A stretch of 64,000 bases of DNA. Origin: a virus (taxonomy: Duplodnaviria > Caudoviricetes). The position numbers and the translations under genes were made by a program. This document shows, in pieces, positions 29,348 through 40,050 of the stretch (position 1 is its first letter; every line of letters begins with the position of its first letter). The stretch is from IMG/VR virus record IMGVR_UViG_3300047457_000974, positions 2,209-66,208 of that record. One strand, 5' to 3'. Below the pieces are notes generated by a model. The model was not told the origin of the DNA. It made no database searches and saw only the letters and a program-made list of their open reading frames with translations.

Positions 29348-29836
29348 ATGGGAGCACGCTCTACTGGCCTTCTGCCCCGGAGGGGCTATACGATCGACGC
29401 GCTGACCGTTCTGGTTGGTGCCGTCGCTGCTGGCGCCCGAGGCCGCGACGCCGAAACCCGCACCGGTGCCGCCCGGCTCCTGAATACCCGCCTGGAGGCC
29501 CAGGACGTGTTCAAGGTCGTGGTGCATGGCCAGACCAGCAACTCGGCTGGCGGCTACATCATCGAGGCCGCTCACGTGCCCGAGGGTGGCGCCCTGTCTG
29601 ACGCCTCGACCTACGCGCCGATCGCCACGGTGACCTGCGCGCCTGGCATCAATGAGATCGCGCTGAGCGGTGCTCAGATCCGCGAGCTGGTTCGTGCCGC
29701 TGGCAGCGTTACCGGTGACGTTCGAGTGGTGGCCATCCGCGCTACTGCCGGCACGAAGACCGCTCAGGTGGCCGGCAATGGTGTCTTTGTGCCCGTCGGG
29801 ACCAACACGATCAGCCTGCAGACCGAGTGCTGCTGA
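29348..29836 (+). CDS. Putative capsid decoration/cement protein
   Basis: 162 aa beta-rich ORF after the capsid gene, followed by a hairpin. Confidence 0.55.
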   Translation: MGARSTGLLPRRGYTIDALTVLVGAVAAGARGRDAETRTGAARLLNTRLEAQDVFKVVVHGQTSNSAGGYIIEAAHVPEGGALSDASTYAPIATVTCAPGINEIALSGAQIRELVRAAGSVTGDVRVVAIRATAGTKTAQVAGNGVFVPVGTNTISLQTECC

Positions 29837-29856
29837 TCGCCTGATCACACCATCAC

Positions 29857-29878
29857 GGGGCCCCAATCGGGGCCCTTT
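29857..29878 (+). terminator. Possible terminator after the capsid operon
   Basis: GGGCCCC-AATC-GGGGCCC-TTT. Confidence 0.5.
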
Positions 29879-29883
29879 ACATC

Positions 29884-30060
29884 ATGGGATTTTCGATACC
29901 GCAGGGGATGACCCTGGAGCAGGTGCTGTTGGCAATGGGGCAGGCATCTGAGCCGGAACCGGAGGAGAAGCCAGCCCGTAAGCGTGCGCGGGATGCCGCG
30001 GGAAGGATGATGGGAGACGATCCGGCGACGGCTGAGAACGAGGCCTGGCAGGAAAGCTGA
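29884..30060 (+). CDS. Small protein with RARDxxGR..DDPxT..NEAW motif
   Basis: MGFSIPQGMTLEQ...KRARDAAGRMMGDDPATAENEAWQES; 58 aa, below the ORF-track cutoff. Confidence 0.6.
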   Translation: MGFSIPQGMTLEQVLLAMGQASEPEPEEKPARKRARDAAGRMMGDDPATAENEAWQES

Positions 30061-30063
30061 TCC

Positions 30064-30438
30064 ATGCCACGCATCACCCCCGCGACCTACACGCTCCGAG
30101 TTCCCCAGCGGGCGACGCTGGAGGAATCCATGGTGCTCAAGGCCAGTGGGCAGCCGCTGAACTTGACCGGCTACACAGTCCTGGCTTCGATCTACAAGCT
30201 GGTTCAACCCGATGGCATCGCTCAGGTTGCGCAACGCGGCGCCAAGATCGCTGATCTCACGGTTGTCTACGTGAACCGTGCAGCCGGCAGCATCAAACTG
30301 CGACTTGATCGCAGCGTGACGCGAACCATCACGGAAAGCGGCTACTGGGATCTACTGGTGATTGAGCCAGGAGGAGATGCGGATTACTGGCTGGAAGGAC
30401 CGGCAACACTTGACATCGGATTGACGGACAACGTATGA
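30064..30438 (+). CDS. Virion structural protein (fibre adaptor-like)
   Basis: PLNLTGYTV...GYWDLLV...YWLEG pattern; possibly leaderless, starting 5 nt after octamer 30051-30058. Confidence 0.6.
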   Translation: MPRITPATYTLRVPQRATLEESMVLKASGQPLNLTGYTVLASIYKLVQPDGIAQVAQRGAKIADLTVVYVNRAAGSIKLRLDRSVTRTITESGYWDLLVIEPGGDADYWLEGPATLDIGLTDNV

Positions 30439-30653
30439 GCAACCAAGTTGAGATCATTCAGAGTCAAGCCACTCCGAATGTCATTGAGCTTTCGGCGCCA
30501 GGCGGATCTCAGGGACTGCCGGGGCCTGGCGTTGCCGCTGGTGGCAATATCGGCCAGGGGCTGCGGAAGAGCGGCGCTGGCGACTACGAAACTGACTGGG
30601 CTGATTTTGCCTCCGTCTCGCTTGCTACTGGCCTTGCTATCGCTCTGGGCTGA
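30435..30653 (+). CDS. Small fibre-related protein
   Basis: GPGVAAGGNIGQGLRKSGAGDYETDW fibre-type motif. Confidence 0.55.
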   Translation: MSNQVEIIQSQATPNVIELSAPGGSQGLPGPGVAAGGNIGQGLRKSGAGDYETDWADFASVSLATGLAIALG

Positions 30654-31579
30654 TGAAGTACACGCTTCCCGCTGCTAACTACAGCTTCAACGCATCCGCT
30701 AAGACGATCACGTTTAGCGGAACGATTCCAGCGCGGATTAGCAATGTCATGCACGTTGCTAACATCACCAGAGGCGTAATCTACTTTCAGCCTCAGGCGG
30801 GAGTTGCATTTTCTGGTAGCTATACCTCGCCCGTGCTGACGCTTGCGGCAAGCACGAGCGGCCACTCCAGCTCCGATGATCTATTGATCGTCCTGGATGA
30901 TTCCACCACTGCGCTGACGGACGCTCAGCTGCGAGCTTCGGCGGTTCCGGTAAGCGTGTCTGGTGTTGCAACAGCAGCCAACCAGGCCACGACCAACACC
31001 ATCCTCGGCAACATTGATGGCGACATCGGGGCGCCTGCTGATGCTGCCGCGAGCAGCGATACGGGGACGTTCTCGGTGATCGCACTGGTGAAGCGTGGCC
31101 TGCAGAACTGGACGACGCTGCAGGCGAAGATCCCGGCGCTGGTATCGGGTGCCGTGCCCACATCGCCCAATCTGACCCGCAGCTCCGGCAACGTCGACGC
31201 CAACACGCTGCGAACGGTACTGGCCGCCGATGGACCCGCGGTAACGACGCTCAGCAGCATTGACGGCAAGACCGCTGCGCTGATCAACGGCCGCAGCGGC
31301 GTGGAGCCCCTGGGGCAGCCCGGCGTGGCCCGGCAGTTGGCGGCATCCAGCACCAGCACCAACACAGCACTGACGACCACCTGCCGGCGGATCAGTGCGT
31401 TTGCCCGCGGCGCGGACATCCGGTTCGCGATCGGCTCCAGCAGCCAGACCGCCAGCAGCACGAGCCACTACATCGCCAATGGCGAGAGGCTTGATCTGGT
31501 GGTGCCGGCGACGCCGAACATTGCCGTGATCAGAGCCGGCAGCATCGACGGCACGCTGGAAGTTTCGGAGCTGGTCTGA
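30653..31579 (+). CDS. Putative fibre/structural protein
   Basis: YSFNASAKTITF start; LTDAQLRASAVPVS motif. Confidence 0.6.
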   Translation: MKYTLPAANYSFNASAKTITFSGTIPARISNVMHVANITRGVIYFQPQAGVAFSGSYTSPVLTLAASTSGHSSSDDLLIVLDDSTTALTDAQLRASAVPVSVSGVATAANQATTNTILGNIDGDIGAPADAAASSDTGTFSVIALVKRGLQNWTTLQAKIPALVSGAVPTSPNLTRSSGNVDANTLRTVLAADGPAVTTLSSIDGKTAALINGRSGVEPLGQPGVARQLAASSTSTNTALTTTCRRISAFARGADIRFAIGSSSQTASSTSHYIANGERLDLVVPATPNIAVIRAGSIDGTLEVSELV

Positions 31580-32613
31580 TGCGCGGCACTCGCGGTGCTA
31601 CGCGGTCCAGGGGCCAGCGGCTGCTGTATCCGCCGCCGAGCCTAGATCTGCGCTTCGCCGAGACCAAGAGCCTGACTGACTGGATCAGCGGCCAGAACCT
31701 GATCACGTTCAGCCGCGCCAGCAGCGGCACCGTGGTCAACGCTGCGGGCGCCCTGGAGACCGTGGCGAGCAACCTGCCGCGGTTGACGCACAACCCGCTG
31801 ACAGGCGAGAGCCTGGGGCTGCTGCTGGAGGAGCAGCGGACGAATCTGCTGCTCAATAGCGCAACTCTGAGCACGCAGAATGTCACAGTCACAGCCGTGG
31901 CTCACACGCTGAGCTTTACCGGGACTGGCACCGTCACATTGTCTGGTGTCAGCACAGCCGGGCCGCTGGTTGGCACAGGCGCAGGCGAGGTCAATCGAGT
32001 CAGCCTCACATTCACCCCAACAGCTGGAACGTTGACGCTGACGGTGAGCGGCACCGTCACAGATGCGCAGCTGGAGGCAGGATCGCTTCGTAGCAGCTAC
32101 ATCCCCACCACCACCGCCGCTGCCACCCGCAGCGCTGACTTGGGGAGCATCACGGGGGCCAGCTTCAGCTCTTGGTATCGGCAGGACGAGGGAACGGTGT
32201 TTGCGGAAGGATCGGTAGTACAACCAGTCACCGCGGGAAATCAGTTCTTTTTTCGTACGAGCGATAATGGCTACAGCAATAGTATTGCGTTAAACATTCA
32301 ATCCACCGGCTTCCCCTCGCTTGCCACATCTGCCGCCGGAGTGTTCGACGGCAATGCCTCAAGCATTGTTTCTTTGCCTGCCAACACTGCGGCCAAATTC
32401 ATTGGCGCCTATGCAGCAAACAATCTAGGCGTATCTCTTAATGGTGCGACAGTGGCTACTGATTTGTCAGCGACAATACCAACCACGCTAAACCGTTTAG
32501 ACATTGGTTCTGACCACCTTGGCTTTAATCGGATCAGATCTGGCATCATTCGCCGCCTGACCTACTGGCCGCAGCGCCTGCCGAACAGCAGCCTTGTGGC
32601 AATCACCCGATGA
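31579..32613 (+). CDS. Head/tail spike-fibre protein with a lectin-like C-terminal domain
   Basis: ITFSRASSGT, GLLLEEQRTNLL, AQLEAG..SSYIPTT..ATRSAD, LTYWPQRL. Confidence 0.75.
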   Translation: MRGTRGATRSRGQRLLYPPPSLDLRFAETKSLTDWISGQNLITFSRASSGTVVNAAGALETVASNLPRLTHNPLTGESLGLLLEEQRTNLLLNSATLSTQNVTVTAVAHTLSFTGTGTVTLSGVSTAGPLVGTGAGEVNRVSLTFTPTAGTLTLTVSGTVTDAQLEAGSLRSSYIPTTTAAATRSADLGSITGASFSSWYRQDEGTVFAEGSVVQPVTAGNQFFFRTSDNGYSNSIALNIQSTGFPSLATSAAGVFDGNASSIVSLPANTAAKFIGAYAANNLGVSLNGATVATDLSATIPTTLNRLDIGSDHLGFNRIRSGIIRRLTYWPQRLPNSSLVAITR

Positions 32614-32906
32614 CCCACTACCTGCGGTTCCCCGATGAAGCCACCGGCATGGCAGCCCTGGGCGCCGCAGGGCTGCTGGTGGTCGATCCCGACACTGGCG
32701 AGCAGCGGCCGATTCTGGCCAGCCACAGCCATGCGCTGGATGTGATCGGCCCGATCTACACAGGTGGCAGCTGGGACGCTGAGGGCATCGTGATCGAGCC
32801 GCCTGCGTTGCTGCCGGGCTGGCACGTGAACTTCATCGGCAAGCTGCCGGACGGCTGGGATGCCCATCTGGTGGATCCCAGGCGCCCTCGCAGGGTGTTC
32901 GCCTAA
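32610..32906 (+). CDS. Fibre-associated small protein
   Basis: YLRFPDE...DVIGPIY...GWHVN...PRRVFA. Confidence 0.6.
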   Translation: MTHYLRFPDEATGMAALGAAGLLVVDPDTGEQRPILASHSHALDVIGPIYTGGSWDAEGIVIEPPALLPGWHVNFIGKLPDGWDAHLVDPRRPRRVFA

Positions 32907-32923
32907 TCACGGAAAGCTGCGCC

Positions 32924-33273
32924 ATGGCATGGATCGAAAACGAAACCTGGGCGATGGAGCAGGGCATTGACGCCCTGAAGGTGTTTGAGCTGTTCAGTGA
33001 CACTGCGCAGACCGTTCCGTATGTGTTCACCGGCAGCGACGTGAATGCCACGGTTTCAGATGCTAATGGACGTAACGTCTATCCAGTCACGGTAGAAACT
33101 GTGCCGGCAAGTGGCATCATTCGGTTGATACTGCCTGAGGCGATCGTCAATAGCCTCAAGGTTGGCGGCACCTATCGCTACGACTGCCTGATGGTGCCGC
33201 CCGGTCCTGTCAACGACTATTTCGTCGCGACCGGTCCCGTCACCGTGGCATTGCGCAGCAGCAGGAGGGATCC

Positions 33274-33277
<4 letters not shown>
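32924..33277 (+). CDS. Virion structural protein (fibre adaptor-like)
   Basis: Similar organisation to 30064-30438 (YRYDCLM); possibly leaderless, starting 5 nt after octamer 32911-32918. Confidence 0.55.
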
Positions 33278-34793
<1,516 letters not shown>

Positions 34794-34797
<4 letters not shown>

Positions 34798-35033
34798 TGA
34801 CCGATCCAATCCCCTACGCCATCCTCAACAGCGATGGCCAATGCATCAATCGCATCCTCTGGGATGGCGATGAGTCCATCTGGCAGCCGCCGGATGGATG
34901 CTCGGCGGTCGCTGATCCTGACAACCTCCACCCGATCTACCAGGAGCCGCAGCCACCGGCGGACGTCGATCCGTTGCAGACATTGACTCTGGAGCAGAAG
35001 CGGGCGTTAATTGCGCTGCTTACGGCAAGCTAG
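34794..35033 (+). CDS. Small fibre-assembly-like protein
   Basis: [18 protein letters not shown]...WQPP, directly after the Gly-rich fibre gene. Confidence 0.55.
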
Positions 35034-35051
35034 TGCAATCGTTCGTTACGC

Positions 35052-35282
35052 ATGACTCCCAGCCCGTTCTGGAGCGAGGTCAAAGCGCAGGCTGCTGCTG
35101 GTACCGTCGTGATCATTATCGGCAGCATCCTTGCCGGTATTGTCTACCTCATTCATACAGTCCCACGGCAACTGGATGAAGTGTTAGACAACCAGGCGCA
35201 ATCCAAGGGTCGCATAGATGTGCTGGAACGGAAGGTGGACAACCAAGGCGAACGATTGATACGCCTGGAGGCCCAGAAATGA
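35052..35282 (+). CDS. Membrane protein (one TM plus coiled coil), lysis cassette
   Basis: Hydrophobic GTVVIIIGSILAGIVYLI. Confidence 0.6.
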   Translation: MTPSPFWSEVKAQAAAGTVVIIIGSILAGIVYLIHTVPRQLDEVLDNQAQSKGRIDVLERKVDNQGERLIRLEAQK

Positions 35283-35482
35283 TCAAACTTGTTACCACCA
35301 CGCTGATCAGCTGCGTTGTGTTGTCCGCTATTGGTGGATTCGGAGCACCGTTGCTCTGCCGGCAGTCCGCAGATCAGGAGAAGTGCGGCGATCAATGGCG
35401 CGTTGCCGCCGCAGGTGCTCTCACCGCAGCCGGCAGTCTCGGCACCCTGCTGGCCAGGATGGCAGATACGGATCAGCCCTGA
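35279..35482 (+). CDS. Holin-like two-TM protein
   Basis: Two hydrophobic segments, upstream of the endolysin. Confidence 0.5.
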   Translation: MIKLVTTTLISCVVLSAIGGFGAPLLCRQSADQEKCGDQWRVAAAGALTAAGSLGTLLARMADTDQP

Positions 35483-35778
35483 GCCTGCTGCACCCGACGC
35501 AGCTGGTAGCCCTCAGCGATGTCATCGACATAGCCTTCCAGCTCGCGGGTGCTGGTGGTCCTGGTGCCGACGATCAGCAGCTCGGCATCCTCATCGATCT
35601 GGTGGCTCCCGTTCCGCGTCGGCTTCGCACGGGCGCCAATCACGCCATGCAGCAACGCACCAGCGGCCCGCATCGTGCCGGCTGGCAACAGCTCGAACTC
35701 TCGGCCGAAGATGCACTGGCGGCTTCCTGGCAGTCGATACAGCAGCTCCTCACCCCATGCCAACGTCGGTGCTGTCAT
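35473..35778 (-). CDS. Hypothetical protein, antisense within the lysis cassette
   Basis: MTAPTLAWGEELLYRLPGSRQ...; fills the gap exactly and has its own reverse octamer at 35799-35806. Confidence 0.6.
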   Translation of the reverse strand: MTAPTLAWGEELLYRLPGSRQCIFGREFELLPAGTMRAAGALLHGVIGARAKPTRNGSHQIDEDAELLIVGTRTTSTRELEGYVDDIAEGYQLRRVQQAQG

Positions 35779-35835
35779 CGCCCTGCAGGGACTGCCGCAG
35801 GTTGCCGGGAAAGCTCGATCAGCAACCCCGCCACC

Positions 35836-37011
35836 ATGGGCAACATCCCGCTCTGGGACTACGCACGGTTCACGCGAGATAGCAGCCATCACCGGGCGTT
35901 CTGGAACGCCCTGGACGATGCGCTGACGCCAGAGCAGAAGGCCCGCATCGCATCCGGTGGCGATCTGCGCGGCATCTGGGAGGCACAGCCCGCTGAAGCC
36001 GCACCGGTCGCGCCGACGGGCACGGACTGGCTTACGCCATGCCGTCGCATCGTGCGGGAGTTCGAGGGCTGTCGACTCCAGGCCTACCCGGACCCCGGTA
36101 CTGGCGGTGACCCGTGGACGATCGGCTGGGGGCACACCGGCCCTGAGGTGAAGCCTGGCCTGACCTGGACCCAGCAACAGGCCGACGCAGCTCTCGATGC
36201 CGAGCTGTCCCGCGTTCGCTCTGCTGCTGTTGCCCTGCTGCCGATGATGCCGCGGTGGAACGGTGCCCAGCAGGCTGCGATCATCTCGTTGACCTACAAC
36301 ATCGGTACCGGCGCCCTGGAGGCCAGCACGCTGCGTCGACGCCTGCTGGCGGGCGAGGATCCAGGCACCGTCGTGCGGCAAGAACTGCCGCGCTGGAACA
36401 AGGGCGGCAACGGCGTGATGCCAGGCCTGACGCGACGCCGGGCGGCAGAGGTAGCGCTGTTCATCGGTGCAGCTGATGCGCCAATCTGGCCGGCCGGTAT
36501 GGTCGGCCCTCGCAAGCGGCCTCCGCTCAAGCCTGGTGATCACCATCTCATCGCTGATGACCGCTCGCAGACCCTGACGGCATTCACCCACGACGGTCGC
36601 CAGCTGTGGAAGATCCCCTGCCTCTGCCGCGGGCAGGGCGGCGAGGCCGAATGGAACACCACCGGCAGCGACACACCACCAGGCCTCTATCGCATCGGCA
36701 GGGCTTATCGCGACTACGAACAGGATCCATCGGAGCGGTTCACCCCTGATCGCCGCGCCTATGGCTGGTACTCGCTGGACCTAGAGGGGCAGGAAGGCCA
36801 GGAAGGCCCCGGCAGCAGCAATGGCCGCGACGGGATCATGATGCACGGCGGCGGCTCCGCCTGCGGCTGGCCTGGCGCCTGGGCGCCGCGGCAGGATCTG
36901 CATCCCACCCTCGGCTGCATCCGCTGCCATAACCAGGATCTCAGAGAGCGGATCCTGCCGCTGCTGAGCCTCGGGACCGTCTGGGTATCGGTGCTGCAGG
37001 AACGTGCCTGA
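35836..37011 (+). CDS. Endolysin: GH24 lysozyme fused to an L,D-transpeptidase (YkuD-like) domain
   Basis: EFEGCRLQAYPDPGTGGDPWTIGWGHT...GLTRRRAAE; DTPPGLY...GIMMHGG...TLGCIRCHN. Start ATG 35836 follows octamer 35808-35815. Confidence 0.88.
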   Translation: MGNIPLWDYARFTRDSSHHRAFWNALDDALTPEQKARIASGGDLRGIWEAQPAEAAPVAPTGTDWLTPCRRIVREFEGCRLQAYPDPGTGGDPWTIGWGHTGPEVKPGLTWTQQQADAALDAELSRVRSAAVALLPMMPRWNGAQQAAIISLTYNIGTGALEASTLRRRLLAGEDPGTVVRQELPRWNKGGNGVMPGLTRRRAAEVALFIGAADAPIWPAGMVGPRKRPPLKPGDHHLIADDRSQTLTAFTHDGRQLWKIPCLCRGQGGEAEWNTTGSDTPPGLYRIGRAYRDYEQDPSERFTPDRRAYGWYSLDLEGQEGQEGPGSSNGRDGIMMHGGGSACGWPGAWAPRQDLHPTLGCIRCHNQDLRERILPLLSLGTVWVSVLQERA

Positions 37012-37306
37012 TCGCCACCGCATCGACGGGGTGGAGCTGGTAACCAAGCGTGACGGCAAGGCTAGGCTCAGGCGCGGTATCTTCGAGGCATGGGGCAATG
37101 GTTGCGCCTACTGCGGTTGTCCGGCGGACACACTTGATCATGTCCGCCCGCTGGCGCGTGGTGGCCTCACGGTGCGGGAGAACCTGATCCCCGCCTGCTC
37201 GGGCTGCAATCTGCGCAAGGGTCACGCCGACGCCTTGACGTGGTTTCGCGCCCACCACGGCTGGACGGCCGATCGAGAAGCGCGGCTGCTGGCCTGGATC
37301 GCCTAG
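37004..37306 (+). CDS. HNH endonuclease
   Basis: CAYCG...TLDHVRPLARGG...NLIPACSGCNLRKG. Confidence 0.92.
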   Translation: MPDRHRIDGVELVTKRDGKARLRRGIFEAWGNGCAYCGCPADTLDHVRPLARGGLTVRENLIPACSGCNLRKGHADALTWFRAHHGWTADREARLLAWIA

Positions 37307-37521
37307 ACGCCAGGCTCATCTACCTCCGACGGGCCGCGCTCCGGGATTGCCGGGCCGATCACCGGTGGCTCAATGCCGCGGGCGCGACACAGGGCCTCGA
37401 ACTCCGCTGTCGCGCCGGTGCCGCTGGGGCCCTCCACGCACATTCCCAGCCCGCAGATCCGCCAGATCGCCTGGCCATCGCGGATGACCATCTCCCTGGT
37501 GGGCAGGCTGCGCTGATCCAT
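37303..37521 (-). CDS. Hypothetical protein
   Basis: MDQRSLPTREMVIRDGQAIWRICGLGMCVE; reverse octamer at 37542-37549. Confidence 0.55.
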   Translation of the reverse strand: MDQRSLPTREMVIRDGQAIWRICGLGMCVEGPSGTGATAEFEALCRARGIEPPVIGPAIPERGPSEVDEPGV

Positions 37522-37622
37522 CGCCGCTGCGTCGCTGTCACAGGTTGCCGTGCGCTTTGTTGACCACATCAAAGGAGAACTTGTCCATAGCGCACAATGG
37601 GGGGGGGTAGTGGTTGAGTCGT

Positions 37623-40010
37623 TCAGCCGGCGCTGCTGTCCGGTGCGGCCAGCGGCAGCAGGCACTTGTCGGAATCGCAGCCGGCCGGACCGGCATCGAT
37701 CAGTTCGCCGCTGTCATAGCGACGCAGGGCCTCGAAGAAGTCCTGGCTGCGGCGACGGGCCTTCACCTCAGCCTGTCGCTGCTGGTAGGTGGCTTGATCG
37801 ATCGGCTCGAACGGCAGCCGCGGGAAGGTGGCGTTGGCATCAAACCGCGCCAGCAGGGCGGCGGAGATGTAGCCATCGTCGTTGTGGATGGCGTGATGGA
37901 TCGCACCTGCCAGCGGCTCGATCTCATGCTCACGCAGCTCCACCGTGGCCGAGGTGTTGTGGGTTGTGTAGTGCCTCTGTACCTGCATGTAGAAGTCGAA
38001 CTGGGCCAGGGCCGAGAAGCGGTTGATCTCCACAACATCGGCACCGGGCAGGTTGGCCCAGCTCACCTCGGTGGGAATCTCCACCAGCCATTCGCTGCAG
38101 CGCGGATCAAACGGATCATCAAGCAGGCGGCCCTGTTCATCCTTGTCGGACTGGGAGGGCACAATCGTGTAGCCGTAATCCAGGCAGGCCAGGGCCACCG
38201 GATCATTCTTGCGGAAGGTGATGCGGCGGATAAACCGTTGGGCCTTGGGGGGATGCCAGCCCGGCGACGCCCCCGTCAGCAGGCTCTTGGTGCCGGCGGG
38301 TTGCACGGTGGTGCAGCGATTGGGACGGCGCAGGCCGTGGCGATCGCAGTAGTCCCACACCACATCGTTCACAATCTGCCGCCAGCGGTTCAGGTACTGG
38401 GCCTCGCTGGCGCGGAATGCACGGCCCTCCTCGCTGTCGGGGCGGCCGGCCTCCCACCACTGCAACCAGGGCGTGCCGAAGGCATGCACACAGAAATCAA
38501 ACAGGCCGGTGAAGCTCACACCTACGATCGGATCCAGGATTCGGCTCTGGTGATAGCGCTCTACCTCGAAGCGATGATTCAGCAAGCTGGCTACCGACAG
38601 CGCCGCCGCCCGGAAAGCATCCTCCTGATCCTGCCGATCGTGGGGATCGATGCGATTGAGATGCACTTCTGACAGGTTGCAGTGATAATCGGTGCCAATT
38701 ATTTCGCCGCAGGGGTTGAGACCATAACGACTTAAGCGATGCTCCAGTTCCGCCGGGCTCATCTGCGGCTGTCGCTGCAGCAGCCACTGGCCGGCCTGGT
38801 GGCGACCCTGCTCGCAATAGAGGCTGATGAAGGCCTGACGCAGCTCCGGCGTGGGGAGCAGATCGGCATTGGAGCGGGCGATCGCTTCAGGTGCGAACTG
38901 GATCGCCCCTTCGCCCGACTGAAACTGGCGCTGCACCGCCTCACGCACCACCTCCAGGCTGGGGCGATCGTGAAACACCCGCGTGTGGTTCGCCATGCGC
39001 AGCGCATCCCGCTCCGGATCGATGCGCCAGTTGCCCTCGGCATCCTGCTGCCAGAGGTTGGCCTTGGCGGTGGCCGCCTCCTGGTCCTCAGCCGCGAACT
39101 GACGCATGCCCGCCGATCGGCGGATGTTGCCGGCCACGATCGTGACGGCCGCTTCATCGATCAACAGGCAGCACTCCACCGAGGTGAGCTGGCGGCCTTG
39201 GGCCCTGTTGAGGATCTGCGCCACTCTCCCGTACAGATCGCGCAGCTTGACGGGATTGGCCACCCCGCCGAAGCCCGCCAGCTTCTCGCCCACGGGTCGC
39301 ACATCGCCCAGATCGACCGCCACCTGCACGGTGCCGGCAAAGCGCTCGTCGCTGCAGAGCTCCAGCAGCAACCGGTAGCTCTGCACCCAGCCGCGGCGGG
39401 TGTCGCCCACCTGCAGGAACACCTGCTGACCCTCGATCTGATGGGTGCTGTCCTGGCGGCGCTGCGCCGCGGGGGTGACACCGATGTCGCGCACGACCTC
39501 GACGCTGAGGCGGTTGCGTACCACCGGCAGGCGGGAGATCAGCCGGGGCTCAAGGATGGCGCCGGTGCCGCAGCCCATCATCGCCAGATCCATCATCAGG
39601 GCGAAGGCATCCCAGTCCACCAGGTTGGTGGAGGTGCAGTTGTAGGCGCCGGAGAAGTTGTCGGGATCCTCGACCCAGGCCGTGCCACCGACCCACAGCC
39701 AGCGCCCCGAGGGCAGGGCCTTCTGCTGCCGCTGCATGCGGCGGATCAGATCCACCTCGCTGTCGCGCAGCCGGCCGAGCCGCTCCAGGCCGGTCAGGCT
39801 GCGCTCGGACGCCTCCTGCCAGCTTTCGCGACCGCTGGCGGTCTTGCGGCTGTAGGTGCGGTAAAAGACTGGGTTGGCCGCTGGCGCGGTGCTCGGGAAA
39901 TCGGCTGGCCCTGCCGGCTGCGGATCCTGCGGATCGGTCGCGACAGCCCCCGGGACGGAACGACAGGGGGACAGGGTCACAGGATGCAGCGGCGGGGATG
40001 CAGGCACCAT
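37623..40010 (-). CDS. nrdJ: Class II (B12-dependent) ribonucleotide reductase, cyanobacterial type
   Basis: APAANPVFYRTYSR, PSGRWLWVGGT, VAGNIRRSAG, GLNPCGEI, TTVQPAGTKS, GPAGCDSDKC. Start at 40010 or at GTG near 39980. Confidence 0.95.
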   Translation of the reverse strand: MVPASPPLHPVTLSPCRSVPGAVATDPQDPQPAGPADFPSTAPAANPVFYRTYSRKTASGRESWQEASERSLTGLERLGRLRDSEVDLIRRMQRQQKALPSGRWLWVGGTAWVEDPDNFSGAYNCTSTNLVDWDAFALMMDLAMMGCGTGAILEPRLISRLPVVRNRLSVEVVRDIGVTPAAQRRQDSTHQIEGQQVFLQVGDTRRGWVQSYRLLLELCSDERFAGTVQVAVDLGDVRPVGEKLAGFGGVANPVKLRDLYGRVAQILNRAQGRQLTSVECCLLIDEAAVTIVAGNIRRSAGMRQFAAEDQEAATAKANLWQQDAEGNWRIDPERDALRMANHTRVFHDRPSLEVVREAVQRQFQSGEGAIQFAPEAIARSNADLLPTPELRQAFISLYCEQGRHQAGQWLLQRQPQMSPAELEHRLSRYGLNPCGEIIGTDYHCNLSEVHLNRIDPHDRQDQEDAFRAAALSVASLLNHRFEVERYHQSRILDPIVGVSFTGLFDFCVHAFGTPWLQWWEAGRPDSEEGRAFRASEAQYLNRWRQIVNDVVWDYCDRHGLRRPNRCTTVQPAGTKSLLTGASPGWHPPKAQRFIRRITFRKNDPVALACLDYGYTIVPSQSDKDEQGRLLDDPFDPRCSEWLVEIPTEVSWANLPGADVVEINRFSALAQFDFYMQVQRHYTTHNTSATVELREHEIEPLAGAIHHAIHNDDGYISAALLARFDANATFPRLPFEPIDQATYQQRQAEVKARRRSQDFFEALRRYDSGELIDAGPAGCDSDKCLLPLAAPDSSAG

Positions 40011-40050
40011 AATCAGCGGTTGATCGTGGATCACAGCTTTCCTGGACGCG

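Noticed and set aside
35383-35835. N-terminal extension of the endolysin in the ORF track
   Set aside because: The region is better explained by the minus-strand gene 35473-35778; octamer and leader point to ATG 35836.
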